The notes beneath the pieces were generated by a model. It was not told the origin of the DNA. It did no database searches and was given only the letters and a program-made list of their open reading frames with translations. Shown here piece after piece: positions 28,270 through 37,224 of a stretch of 64,000 bases of DNA (positions are counted from its first letter, which is position 1; every line of letters starts with the position of its first letter). Origin of the DNA: Candidatus Sumerlaeaceae bacterium (GTDB taxonomy: Bacteria; Sumerlaeota; Sumerlaeia; Sumerlaeales; Sumerlaeaceae); contig JBPCLP010000030.1 of the NCBI GenBank assembly GCA_051003195.1, positions 32,001-96,000 on the forward strand, read 5' to 3'. The translations under genes were made by a program, and so were the position numbers.

Positions 28270-28992
28270 GTGTTCAGAATTCTTGTGTTCGCGGCGTTCT
28301 GTTTTATTGCCGCAGTTGCCACTGCCGGCGAGCCGGTGCTGTACTCGCTTCAGCTGCAGGACAATCGGATCGTGAATCTCAGCGGCAACTATTCGTTCTC
28401 GAGCGGAGACGTGAATGCGGACATCACGATCGTCCAGAGCAGTGATGGCACGATTGGTTTTGGAGCGTTTGTTACGGGCGCAGGCATAGCGAAAACTTTT
28501 ATTACTTCCGGGCACCTGAAGGCGGCGAACGATACATTGACCTGGAGTGTCCAGGCCGCGGCGGACGGCGGATTTTCGATCAAATTCAAAGGCACCGCGC
28601 ACCCGAATGTAAGCAGCGCATTTACGATTGAGGGCAAACTCGAAGGACCAGCGGTTTCGACGAGCTTTACCGGCACGCTTGTGCCGCAGAATTCCGCGCA
28701 GGGTATGACGATTTCCTCGACCACTGTCAACGATGTAGCGACCTGGCAGATCTGGACGCCGCTCTTTAATGAGGTGGGCAATGTGGGAATCAAAGGCGGA
28801 AAGAAAAATGCGAAGATCCTGGTGAAGGAACCTTTCGTGAAGGCCACCTTCCATGGGTTGATTTCCAAGAATGATGAAGACTTCAACTGGACGAGCGGTC
28901 CCGGCAACAGCGTTGTGAAAATTGGGAAGATGCACCTGGTGGTGACGCCCTCGCAGTTTTTTGCGACGCTGATTAACAGCAACCAGCTCTAG
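28270..28992 (+). CDS. Hypothetical secreted beta-rich protein
   Basis: AAGGGAG RBS, GTG start, signal peptide MFRILVFAAFCFIAAVATA. Confidence 0.7.
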   Translation: MFRILVFAAFCFIAAVATAGEPVLYSLQLQDNRIVNLSGNYSFSSGDVNADITIVQSSDGTIGFGAFVTGAGIAKTFITSGHLKAANDTLTWSVQAAADGGFSIKFKGTAHPNVSSAFTIEGKLEGPAVSTSFTGTLVPQNSAQGMTISSTTVNDVATWQIWTPLFNEVGNVGIKGGKKNAKILVKEPFVKATFHGLISKNDEDFNWTSGPGNSVVKIGKMHLVVTPSQFFATLINSNQL

Positions 28993-29032
28993 AATGGTGT
29001 CCCAGAGTTCCGTTACAGATTTTCGGTTTCCG

Positions 29033-29221
29033 GCGCCCCTTCAGGGCGCGATGTAATTGGATCGATATCCCAGGGCTGCGTCGACCACAAAAAGCCGTGG
29101 CCTCCTTTCCCTGGGCTGTGTTCCGCTGCACCTTCGGTGCAAAAAACTGAGGCTGCGTCGACCACAAAAAGCCGTGGCCTCCTTTCCCTGGGCTGTGTTC
29201 CGCGGCACCTTCGGTGCAAAA
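29033..29221. repeat. Third REP-like family; tandem ~76-bp duplication
   Basis: CGCCCCTTCAGGGCG hairpin, then 2 x GGCTGCGTCGACCACAAAAAGCCGTGGCCTCCTTTCCCTGGGCTGTGTTCCGC.GCACCTTCGGTGCAAAA. Confidence 0.85.
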
Positions 29222-29314
29222 TGATTCCGACGGAATTCTGCCCGAATTTTTAGGGACAACTCACTAGCCGCCGCGGGATTGACAGCGCTGCTCGGCAGGC
29301 CTTGTTAGCCGCTC

Positions 29315-30094
29315 ATGACTAAAATTATTATAAGTGGACCGCGTGGCCGGATGGGCCAGGCGATCCTGAAGCTGGCCGGCACAGACGCGACCGTCGACGT
29401 GATCGGCGCGGTGGATTCTGGCGGGGGCGCGGGTGCCGCCATTCCGTTTAGAAATGGCAGCATCGCCAACTCTGCGGATCTGCATGCGGTGCAGTCTTCG
29501 GCAGGGTGCGTCCTGGTTGAATTCACGACGCCGGAAGCGACGCTCGAGCATGTGTCCCAGGCCGCCGGGCTGGGTGTGAATTGCATCGTCGGAACGACAG
29601 GTTTCACGCTGGACCAGCGGAGCGAGCTGCAGCGCTACTCGGAGCACATCGCGCTCATTATCGCGCCGAACACGAGCCTTGGCGTAAACGTTCTGCTCGG
29701 GATTGTCGAGCAGGTTGCAGCCGCGCTAGCCGGCTACGATATTGAGCTGACAGAGATGCACCATCGACTCAAGAAAGACGCTCCCAGCGGCACGGCGGTC
29801 GCGCTGGCGGAGGCGGCCGCGAAGGGACGCAGGCTTTCGCTGTCGGACGTCGCGAAGCATGGGCGATCGGGACTGACCGGCGAACGCCCGGTGGACGAGA
29901 TTGGAATCCACTCGCTGCGAGGCGGTGATGTGGTGGGCGAGCACACAATGACTTTTGCCGGGCCGGGCGAACGCGTGGAGATAACGCATTGTGCGCACAG
30001 CCGTGATACTTTTGCCGCGGGCGCGCTGGTCGCCGCGAAGTGGCTGGCGGGTAAACAGCCCGGGTTGTATACGATGCGAGATGTGCTGCTGTGA
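29315..30094 (+). CDS. dapB: 4-hydroxy-tetrahydrodipicolinate reductase
   Basis: GRMG, VGTTG, EMHHRLKKDAPSGTA, LRGGDVVGEH. Confidence 0.96.
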   Translation: MTKIIISGPRGRMGQAILKLAGTDATVDVIGAVDSGGGAGAAIPFRNGSIANSADLHAVQSSAGCVLVEFTTPEATLEHVSQAAGLGVNCIVGTTGFTLDQRSELQRYSEHIALIIAPNTSLGVNVLLGIVEQVAAALAGYDIELTEMHHRLKKDAPSGTAVALAEAAAKGRRLSLSDVAKHGRSGLTGERPVDEIGIHSLRGGDVVGEHTMTFAGPGERVEITHCAHSRDTFAAGALVAAKWLAGKQPGLYTMRDVLL

Positions 30095-30206
30095 GCGGGA
30101 AAGCTTAATTTAAGGTCAAAATTAAAAATGACGTGTGACTTAGCTGCGCGAGCCGCTTCGACGGACAGTCGTGTCGTTCTCTTGCTGAGGCGGGTATTCC
30201 AAAGTT

Positions 30207-30236
30207 AAAAGGCCGGGGTGATTGCTCACCCCGGCC
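30207..30236 (-). terminator. Terminator downstream of rpsL
   Basis: GGCCGGGGTGA-TTGC-TCACCCCGGCC, followed by UUUU on the minus strand. Confidence 0.8.
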
Positions 30237-30268
30237 GCTGCGATTTATTACTTTTGAATTCTTGTGTT

Positions 30269-30640
30269 TTACTTCGGACGCTTGGCTCCGTACTTGGAAC
30301 GGCTCTGTTTGCGGTTGGCAACGCCCTGGGTGTCGAGGATGCCGCGCACGATGTGGTAGCGGATACCCGGAAGGTCCTTCACACGACCGCCACGGATCAT
30401 CACGATGGAGTGCTCCTGCAGGTTGTGTCCTTCACCGGGGATGTATGCGGAAACTTCAAACCCGTTGGTCAAACGCACACGGGCAACCTTGCGCAGCGCG
30501 GAGTTAGGCTTCTTGGGTGTGGTGGTGTAGACGCGCGTGCATACGCCGCGCTTGAACGGGCACGCGGCCAGAGCCGGTGTGTTCTTCTTCGTCTTTACCC
30601 GCTTGCGTTGGCTGCGAACCAACTGGTTAATCGTCGGCAT
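30269..30640 (-). CDS. rpsL: 30S ribosomal protein S12
   Basis: [36 protein letters not shown]. Confidence 0.99.
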   Translation of the reverse strand: MPTINQLVRSQRKRVKTKKNTPALAACPFKRGVCTRVYTTTPKKPNSALRKVARVRLTNGFEVSAYIPGEGHNLQEHSIVMIRGGRVKDLPGIRYHIVRGILDTQGVANRKQSRSKYGAKRPK

Positions 30641-30925
30641 TCCTGTCCTCTTGTTAGCGGTCTGCGAGTCGCACAGTTGCGGATGGCAGACGTAATGCTT
30701 CCTGGTATGTGTTCTGCAAACTGTGGATCAAACCGCCTACCGCTGAGTTTATTCAGCTTTTGCAGCGGCGCGCGCGGCTGAGTTGTAATCGTAATCGTAT
30801 CAAAGGTTAGGGGCCGACGGTGGCGTGCATTCTATGGTGAATTAAGAGGACGCGCTGCGGATGCGACGGTCGCTTGACAACCCCCGGGTGCGCCTGAGCC
30901 TTGGAGACCTCATGCGAGACAACTA

Positions 30926-32041
30926 TTGAAACGCGTTGCGATCATCATGGCAGGCGGAGTGGGGGAGCGCTTCTGGCCGATTAGCCGCCACAGTTACCCG
31001 AAACAGTTGCTCAAGATCGGCAACCAGCGCACGATGCTGGATGCAGCGGTGGAGCGCATTCAGTCCATCGTTTCGACCGACGACATCTTTATCGTAACTG
31101 GTCGCAGCCTGAAAGCGGCCATTGAAGCAGAAATCAAGACGCTACCGGCCGGCAACGTGATTGCGGAGCCGGAAGGCAAGAACACTGCGGCCTGCCTGGC
31201 GCTTGCCTGCGCGCTGGTCGAACAGCGCTACACCGGCGAGGATGTTGTTATGATCGTGCTGACGGCCGATCATTTTATAAGGGACGTCGATGCATTCCGC
31301 AAGGACTGTGAAGCGGCGGCGCAGTTTGCCGGGCAAAACGCTGCGCTGGTCACTTTTGGAATTCGGCCGACGCGTCCTGAAACAGGTTACGGATATATTG
31401 AAGTCGGTGCGCCCGCGTCGGATAGCGCGCCGATTTTCAAGGTCTCCTCTTTTCGTGAGAAGCCAGACGCCGGTACCGCCGAACGGTTCCTCGAAGACGG
31501 CGGTTTCCTGTGGAATTCAGGGATGTTCGTCTGGCGTAACTCAACTCTTCGTGACGCATTTGCCTCCCACCTTCCTGCAACGCACTCGCGGCTGGATGCC
31601 CTGGCGCGGGCGTTTGGTCACGGTCAGCCGCTGAGGGAACTCGATGAGGCGTTCCAGCCGCTGGAGAAAATTTCGATCGATGTCGGGGTGATGGAGCGGG
31701 CGACCAACGTGGTTGTGCTGCGCGCATCCTTTGACTGGGACGACATCGGAACATGGACATCGCTGCCGCGTCTGCTGGGACAGGATGCTGCAGGCAATGT
31801 GGTGTTCGGAAAAGGTGCGCTGCTCAAGAGTGAGGATTCAATTATCTACACGGTGGATTGTGGTGGAAACGAATCCGCTTCCGCGCCTGCTCATCCGAGA
31901 CTTGTGGTCGGGTATAATCTCAAGGGAATTGTCGTGGTTAGTACGCCCGATGCCGTGTTCGTATTACCCGCGGAAGACGTGCAGCGCGTGAAGGACGTCG
32001 TGAGTTATCTGCGCGAGCAGGGGCTGGAGGAGTATCTCTGA
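30926..32041 (+). CDS. Mannose-1-phosphate guanylyltransferase
   Basis: MAGGVGERFWP.SR..PKQ, EPEGKNTA, ETGYGYI, FREKP, WNSGMF, WDDIGTW. Confidence 0.93.
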   Translation: MKRVAIIMAGGVGERFWPISRHSYPKQLLKIGNQRTMLDAAVERIQSIVSTDDIFIVTGRSLKAAIEAEIKTLPAGNVIAEPEGKNTAACLALACALVEQRYTGEDVVMIVLTADHFIRDVDAFRKDCEAAAQFAGQNAALVTFGIRPTRPETGYGYIEVGAPASDSAPIFKVSSFREKPDAGTAERFLEDGGFLWNSGMFVWRNSTLRDAFASHLPATHSRLDALARAFGHGQPLRELDEAFQPLEKISIDVGVMERATNVVVLRASFDWDDIGTWTSLPRLLGQDAAGNVVFGKGALLKSEDSIIYTVDCGGNESASAPAHPRLVVGYNLKGIVVVSTPDAVFVLPAEDVQRVKDVVSYLREQGLEEYL

Positions 32042-32049
32042 GCAGCATT

Positions 32050-32709
32050 TTGTTCCCTGGAATTAAACTCGTGGTGTTCGACCTGGACGGGACACTGGTC
32101 GACGCATTTGAAGATATTACCGCCGCGGCAAATCATATACGTGAGCTGAACTCCCTGCCGCCTCTCGCCATTTCTGAAGTGAAGAAATACGTAGGGCACG
32201 GCGCGCGCGTCCTGGTGCAACGCGTGCTGGGGATTGACGATGACATGGAAATCGAACGGAACCACGACAGCCTGGTCGCGTTTTACACGAACCACCCCAG
32301 CGGCACGTCGTGCTTATATCCTGGCACGACGGACGTGCTGAGTCATTTGCGCACATGCGGAATCAAGACGGCGGTGTGCAGCAACAAACCGGATCAAGTG
32401 ACGCAGCGCGTGCTCGAAGACCTGGGTGTGCGCTCGCTGCTGGATGGTGCAATGGGTGAGACGGAGGGTGTGCGCCGCAAACCAGCGGCTGACATGATGC
32501 ATGTGTTGATGCAAAAGCTGGATGTCACAGCGGCCGAAACCCTGATGGTTGGGGATACCGAAGTGGATATCAGTTTCGCGCGCGCTGCCGGTGTGCGATG
32601 CGTAGGTGTTACGTATGGGCAGTATGATCGGAAGTATCTCGCCGGGTATGGGCCGGATGTGATCATTGATTCGCTGAGTGAGCTGCCGGGGTTGGTGGTC
32701 AGCGAGTAA
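32050..32709 (+). CDS. HAD hydrolase, phosphoglycolate phosphatase-like
   Basis: FDLDGTLVD, CSNKP, RKPAA, MVGD, GVTYG. Confidence 0.88.
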   Translation: MFPGIKLVVFDLDGTLVDAFEDITAAANHIRELNSLPPLAISEVKKYVGHGARVLVQRVLGIDDDMEIERNHDSLVAFYTNHPSGTSCLYPGTTDVLSHLRTCGIKTAVCSNKPDQVTQRVLEDLGVRSLLDGAMGETEGVRRKPAADMMHVLMQKLDVTAAETLMVGDTEVDISFARAAGVRCVGVTYGQYDRKYLAGYGPDVIIDSLSELPGLVVSE

Positions 32710-32720
32710 TATCGTGATTC

Positions 32721-32775
32721 GGTGTCGCAGCGGAGTGCGACGGGCGGGCCGGGCGCAGGAGCGCACCGGCCAGAG
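32721..32775. repeat. Dispersed REP copy (RAYT family)
   Basis: GGTGTCGCAGCGGAGTGCGAC...GGCCGGGCGCAGGAGCGCACCGGCCAGAG. Confidence 0.88.
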
Positions 32776-32829
32776 AGGGGCGAGTGGCCGGGAGCTGGAG
32801 CGTATCGGCAGAGAAGAGAAAGGTCAAAT

Positions 32830-33570
32830 TCAAAAGAAAACTCTGTCGAGTGAGAGGGCGATGCAATTGTATAAGCCGTGGATAATTGCGGCGATCGCGA
32901 TGTACGGCGCGGCGGGGGAAAAGCTGGCGGGCCGTCCGACGAGGACAGTTTCGCGCCAAACCTTTTGAAGTCCCATGCTACCTGCGAGTGCGCACCCGAC
33001 ATGCATCGCGACGCAAATGGTCCAGCGCACCACCGCGAGAGTGGCTTTGCTGCTGGTCGTCATATCAGCTGCGTAGACATTCAGGTACAGTAGGTTTTCA
33101 ATCGCGGCAAAGATGAAGGCGGTAAGTGCCGCGCACAACGGGAACTGCCATTTCGCTATGAGAAGATACGGTTTCTTTTCAAGCAGGTAGAACAAGCCCG
33201 ACTGCTTGGCGATTTCTTCGACAATGGGTCCGGCAATAATAACGTAGAACATTCCTGTCAGGCCAGGATTGCCGCCGACAAATGCACTCAGGATTGCGAT
33301 GGGTCCGGCGAGTACGCCGGCGAGCACAGCGCAAAGTAACGCGACGGCCGGTGACGAAGCCATCCGCCGTGTAAGCACATACTTCGCGAAGTCGGTCTCT
33401 GATTGCGACGCTACGAGATGCGGCTCGGAGAAAGCGGAGTCTCGGATGGCTTCCATTTCCGACGTGGAGTTGAGAGGAGGCAGAGCCTCCATCGATTCCT
33501 CGGGCAGAGCCACAAACTCGCGCTGCTGGAATTGCGGTTCCGCTTCGATGGAGTGCAGGTCGGGTTTCAC
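32830..33570 (-). CDS. PrsW-family intramembrane glutamic protease
   Basis: GPIVEEIAK, FAAIEN, AMH, IIHGLYN. GTG start inferred from a GTGA overlap. Confidence 0.82.
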   Translation of the reverse strand: MKPDLHSIEAEPQFQQREFVALPEESMEALPPLNSTSEMEAIRDSAFSEPHLVASQSETDFAKYVLTRRMASSPAVALLCAVLAGVLAGPIAILSAFVGGNPGLTGMFYVIIAGPIVEEIAKQSGLFYLLEKKPYLLIAKWQFPLCAALTAFIFAAIENLLYLNVYAADMTTSSKATLAVVRWTICVAMHVGCALAGSMGLQKVWRETVLVGRPASFSPAAPYIAIAAIIHGLYNCIALSLDRVFF

Positions 33571-34046
33571 TTCACCCGGTAAGCAGTGCCGTAGGCGCAG
33601 ATCTCGGCCCCTGTGGATTGCCTGCGCTGTGTGTCTCCCATGAAGACGGTATAGAAGCGCATGTTCCATACGACATTGGCGCCGCTTGCCTGTGCCTGGC
33701 GCAGCATGCGGACAACTGCTTCGCGGCGGCCTCGTTCGAGCAATGTTTCGAACTCGGTGAGATTGCCGCCGAAAAGATTGTGAAACCAGCTCATGAACAC
33801 CTTGAAATAATCGGTCGCGATGACAACTGAGCCGATGACGAGTTCGCCGGGGTTTTCAGCGGTCCAACCAGGCGGGAAGTTCTTCATAGTCGAAACGAGT
33901 ATTCCCGCGAATTCCTGTTCCGCGATCGCGAGGCGTTTGTAGTGTCTTTTCTCAACAGCGCGGCCAGTGAAATACCCGGCGATCAGCAGGACGACCGGGA
34001 TCCCGAGCTGAATCAGCTGCGGGATAATTTGCGCTTCGGACCTCAT
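33567..34046 (-). CDS. YbjQ/UPF0145 family protein with N-terminal TM helix
   Basis: FGGNL..FETLLERGRREA..RM, GANVV, EICAYGTA. Confidence 0.87.
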   Translation of the reverse strand: MRSEAQIIPQLIQLGIPVVLLIAGYFTGRAVEKRHYKRLAIAEQEFAGILVSTMKNFPPGWTAENPGELVIGSVVIATDYFKVFMSWFHNLFGGNLTEFETLLERGRREAVVRMLRQAQASGANVVWNMRFYTVFMGDTQRRQSTGAEICAYGTAYRVK

Positions 34047-34047
34047 A

Positions 34048-34371
34048 TCAGACCGACTGCTGCAGCACGACAGCCGTGCCATACGCGTAAACTTCGGCTG
34101 CGCCGGATGTAACGCTGCTGGTAGCAAATCGAACATTCACCACGGCGTTTGCGCCCAGTTGCAATGCTTGTGCGATCATTCGCTCGGTGGCTTCGCGTCG
34201 AGCCTCGATCAGCAACTCGGTGTATCCTTTCAGCTCGCCACCAAACACATTCTTAAAACCGGCAGCGATGTCGCGTCCGATATGCTTGGCGCGAACGGTG
34301 CTCCCCTGCACCATGCCTTTGATCGCGACGATGTTGGAGCCTGGGACGAAATCGGTGTTTACGACGATCAC
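34048..34371 (-). CDS. YbjQ/UPF0145 family protein
   Basis: GRDIAAGFKNVFGGELKGYTELL, GANAVVNVRF, AYGTAV. Confidence 0.92.
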   Translation of the reverse strand: MIVVNTDFVPGSNIVAIKGMVQGSTVRAKHIGRDIAAGFKNVFGGELKGYTELLIEARREATERMIAQALQLGANAVVNVRFATSSVTSGAAEVYAYGTAVVLQQSV

Positions 34372-34489
34372 GCTGTTATCCTTTGCGGATGAGTAAGTTG
34401 TGCAACCGCACGGATGCGTACGTTGCACGCATCACAGACAGCGGCAATCCGGCGCAATGCAAAGGATTTTGGCGGGAGTCGACTTCGTG

Positions 34490-36064
34490 CTAATAAGGCG
34501 GCGCCTTGGGCGTTGCCTCGCGCGCGTTTTCCGACGAGTTGAGGCAGCGGCCGTACAAAAGTGTCATTTCTCGTACTTTGCGACCGAGTAACTCGCTCAT
34601 TTGCCCGTTGGAAAGCCTCCACGACCAGTTACCCTCAGGTCGGCCGGGCATGTTCATACGGTGTTCGCTGTCCAGGTCCAGCAGGTCCTGCACGGGGACC
34701 ACAAAAGTGTTGGCTATCGAAGTCATTCCAACCCGGATGAGGTCCCAATTTGCGGCATTGCCGTCGACAGAAAGATAAACCTGCATCATGGCGCGCTCGG
34801 CTGGCGTCGAGGTGTGACGCCACCAGCCAAGACTTGTATCGTTGTCGTGAGTGCCAGTGTACACCACGCTTTCACGCTCGTGAGCATGCGGCAGGAAATG
34901 ATTGTTGGGATCCGCAACCAGCGGATTGTGCCCTGCTGGCGTCCATGCGAATTGAAGGATAACCATGCCCGGGAGATGGAATTGTCGGCGTACTTCAGTT
35001 ACATCGGTGGTTATCTCGCCAAGGTCTTCGGCAATAATCGGCAGGTCGCCGAGCACTTCTTTCATTCGAACGAAGAATTTTGCACCGGGACCGCGCCGCC
35101 ACTTCCCATGTTCGGCTGTGGGATTGCCGAAGGGGACGGCGTAATAACCCATAAAACCCCGAAAATGGTCCAGGCGCACGATATCCACGGTCGCGAAAAT
35201 CGCTTTCATGCGTGCCGCCCACCACGCGAACCCGTCCTGCTCCATCCTCTCCCAGTCATAAAGTGGATTCCCCCACAGTTGCCCGGTGGCGCTGAAGTAA
35301 TCCGGCGGTACGCCTGCTACAGAGGTCGGGTTGCCGTTCTCATCGAGCTGAAACAGATGCTGGTGCGCCCATGTGTCCGCACTGTCGTACGACACATAGA
35401 TTGGAGCATCGCCGATCACCTCAATTGCGCGCTCGTGCGCAGACTTGCGAATTCGATTCCACTGGTCGAAGAAAAGGAACTGGGCGAAGCGGTGATACTC
35501 GATGTTGTCGGCGTGCTGCTTTCGCGCTTTATCCAGGGCAGACTTTTTGAAAGCGCGTAACTCGCGTTCCCATGTGTTCCATGCGCGACCCTCGTTTGCA
35601 TCCTTGCAGGCCATGAAGAGTGCGTAGTCTTCCAGCCAGTCCACCACGTCGGGTTGCGAGCGCCAGCGATCGTAACGATTCCGAATCTCGTGAAAGCCTC
35701 CCGAAACGAAACGCTGGTGAACTGCTCGCAGCAGGCTGTTCTTCCAGGAAATCACCCAGCCGTAATCCACTATTCCGCCCGGGAATTGAGGCGGCAGCAC
35801 ATCATCCAGCGTGGCCAGCCCGTCCTCTCGAAGTATATCCGGGCTCACAAGTAGTGGGTTGCCCGCGAACGCGGAGAAACATTGGTAAGGAGAATCGCCG
35901 AAGCTGGTGGGCCCGAGAGGCAGAACCTGCCAGTATGCAAGGCCAGCGCTTGCCATCCAGTCGAGCAGCCGATACGCCGCTGGGCCAAGGTCGCCGATTC
36001 CATGTGGGCCTGGGAGTGAGGTGGGGTGGAGCAGAATTCCAGCGAGGCGGCGGTTCAAAGGCAT
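34490..36064 (-). CDS. malQ: 4-alpha-glucanotransferase (GH77)
   Basis: GILLHPTSLP, AGVPPDYFS.TGQLWGNP, RLDHFRGF, AEDLG, YTGTHDNDT. Confidence 0.97.
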   Translation of the reverse strand: MPLNRRLAGILLHPTSLPGPHGIGDLGPAAYRLLDWMASAGLAYWQVLPLGPTSFGDSPYQCFSAFAGNPLLVSPDILREDGLATLDDVLPPQFPGGIVDYGWVISWKNSLLRAVHQRFVSGGFHEIRNRYDRWRSQPDVVDWLEDYALFMACKDANEGRAWNTWERELRAFKKSALDKARKQHADNIEYHRFAQFLFFDQWNRIRKSAHERAIEVIGDAPIYVSYDSADTWAHQHLFQLDENGNPTSVAGVPPDYFSATGQLWGNPLYDWERMEQDGFAWWAARMKAIFATVDIVRLDHFRGFMGYYAVPFGNPTAEHGKWRRGPGAKFFVRMKEVLGDLPIIAEDLGEITTDVTEVRRQFHLPGMVILQFAWTPAGHNPLVADPNNHFLPHAHERESVVYTGTHDNDTSLGWWRHTSTPAERAMMQVYLSVDGNAANWDLIRVGMTSIANTFVVPVQDLLDLDSEHRMNMPGRPEGNWSWRLSNGQMSELLGRKVREMTLLYGRCLNSSENAREATPKAPPY

Positions 36065-36288
36065 CGGGTTTGAGCGTGCTCCTGTGCGAAAGTAACTTCG
36101 AATTCAATTTCTGGATTACAGACGTCAAACAGCGTTTAAGCGCGGTTCCAGCATCTCCGGCGGTTTCGGCATGCATGATTCACGCCAAGAGCGAAGGAAC
36201 ATGGTGAGCAGATGGATCACGCAACAGGGCGGGCATTCTTGTGTCGGGTCGATTAAACATCCGATGGCGCGGTGGTACCTAAACCACA

Positions 36289-37209
36289 ATGTCTAAGAAG
36301 CAGCCGAACCTCGCGCCATTTCTGGATGCGCTTGCGGCCAAGTACCACGATAGCGCGTACCTTGGCAGCGATCCGCTGCAGATTGTGCACTCGTTTCACA
36401 CGCGCGAGGATCGCGAAATAGCAGCGCTGTTCTGTGCATTACTGGCATACGGGAATGTGAAGCAGATCTTGCGGAGCCTGCAGCGCCTTTTCGGCGCAAT
36501 GGGCAATGCGCCTTACCTCTTTGTACGAAATTATAACCATGAAGCGGCAGGTGTTGCCCTTCGCGGATTCAAGCATCGCTTTACGGATGAAACCGATGTG
36601 ATGTGCCTATGCTGGCTGCTGAACCAGGCGCTGCAGGAATGCGGGACTTTGGAACGCTTTTTTTTGAAGGGACATGATACGAGCGAACCCGATGTCGTAG
36701 GCGCGGCAGGACGCTTTATCGAGAATCTGCAGAAGCTTTCATTTGAGCCGCATTTTGGTCGCGACGCGATGGTCACTAAATCCTCTTTCAAGCATCTGCT
36801 GCCCCGAGCAGACAAAGGCAGCGCGTGTAAACGTATTCATCTCTGGCTCAGGTGGATGATTCGCCCCGCCGACGGGATTGATCTTGGACTGTGGACCGGT
36901 ATATCCCCGGACAAATTGATCATTCCTGTGGATACGCACGTGCTGCGTATTGCGCAAAACCTCGGACTGGTTAAACGAAACACCGGTTCGTTGCTGGTGG
37001 CGCGGGAAATAACGGCAGCTTTGCGCGGGGCGGATGCCGGTGATCCTGTGCGTTACGATTTTGCGCTTTGCCGGCTGGGAATTCTCAAAGCCTGTCCGAC
37101 TGCGAGCTCCCTGGAAAATTGCCGCCCGTGCGAACTGCACGCCGTGTGTAAAAAGCGCGCATCGCTTGAGCGGCGCGCACGGCGGAGTGCAGTTCCAGTT
37201 CAAGCGTAG
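36289..37209 (+). CDS. TIGR02757/DUF2400 family protein (HhH-GPD-like)
   Basis: SDP, LAYGNV, SACKR..LWLRWM, IDLGLW, PVDTHV, DPVRYDFAL; C-terminal Cys cluster. Confidence 0.88.
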   Translation: MSKKQPNLAPFLDALAAKYHDSAYLGSDPLQIVHSFHTREDREIAALFCALLAYGNVKQILRSLQRLFGAMGNAPYLFVRNYNHEAAGVALRGFKHRFTDETDVMCLCWLLNQALQECGTLERFFLKGHDTSEPDVVGAAGRFIENLQKLSFEPHFGRDAMVTKSSFKHLLPRADKGSACKRIHLWLRWMIRPADGIDLGLWTGISPDKLIIPVDTHVLRIAQNLGLVKRNTGSLLVAREITAALRGADAGDPVRYDFALCRLGILKACPTASSLENCRPCELHAVCKKRASLERRARRSAVPVQA

Positions 37210-37224
37210 TAAGTTCCGACTGCC

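Noticed and set aside
29075..29221. CRISPR array
   Set aside because: Two adjacent ~70-bp units with essentially no unique spacer
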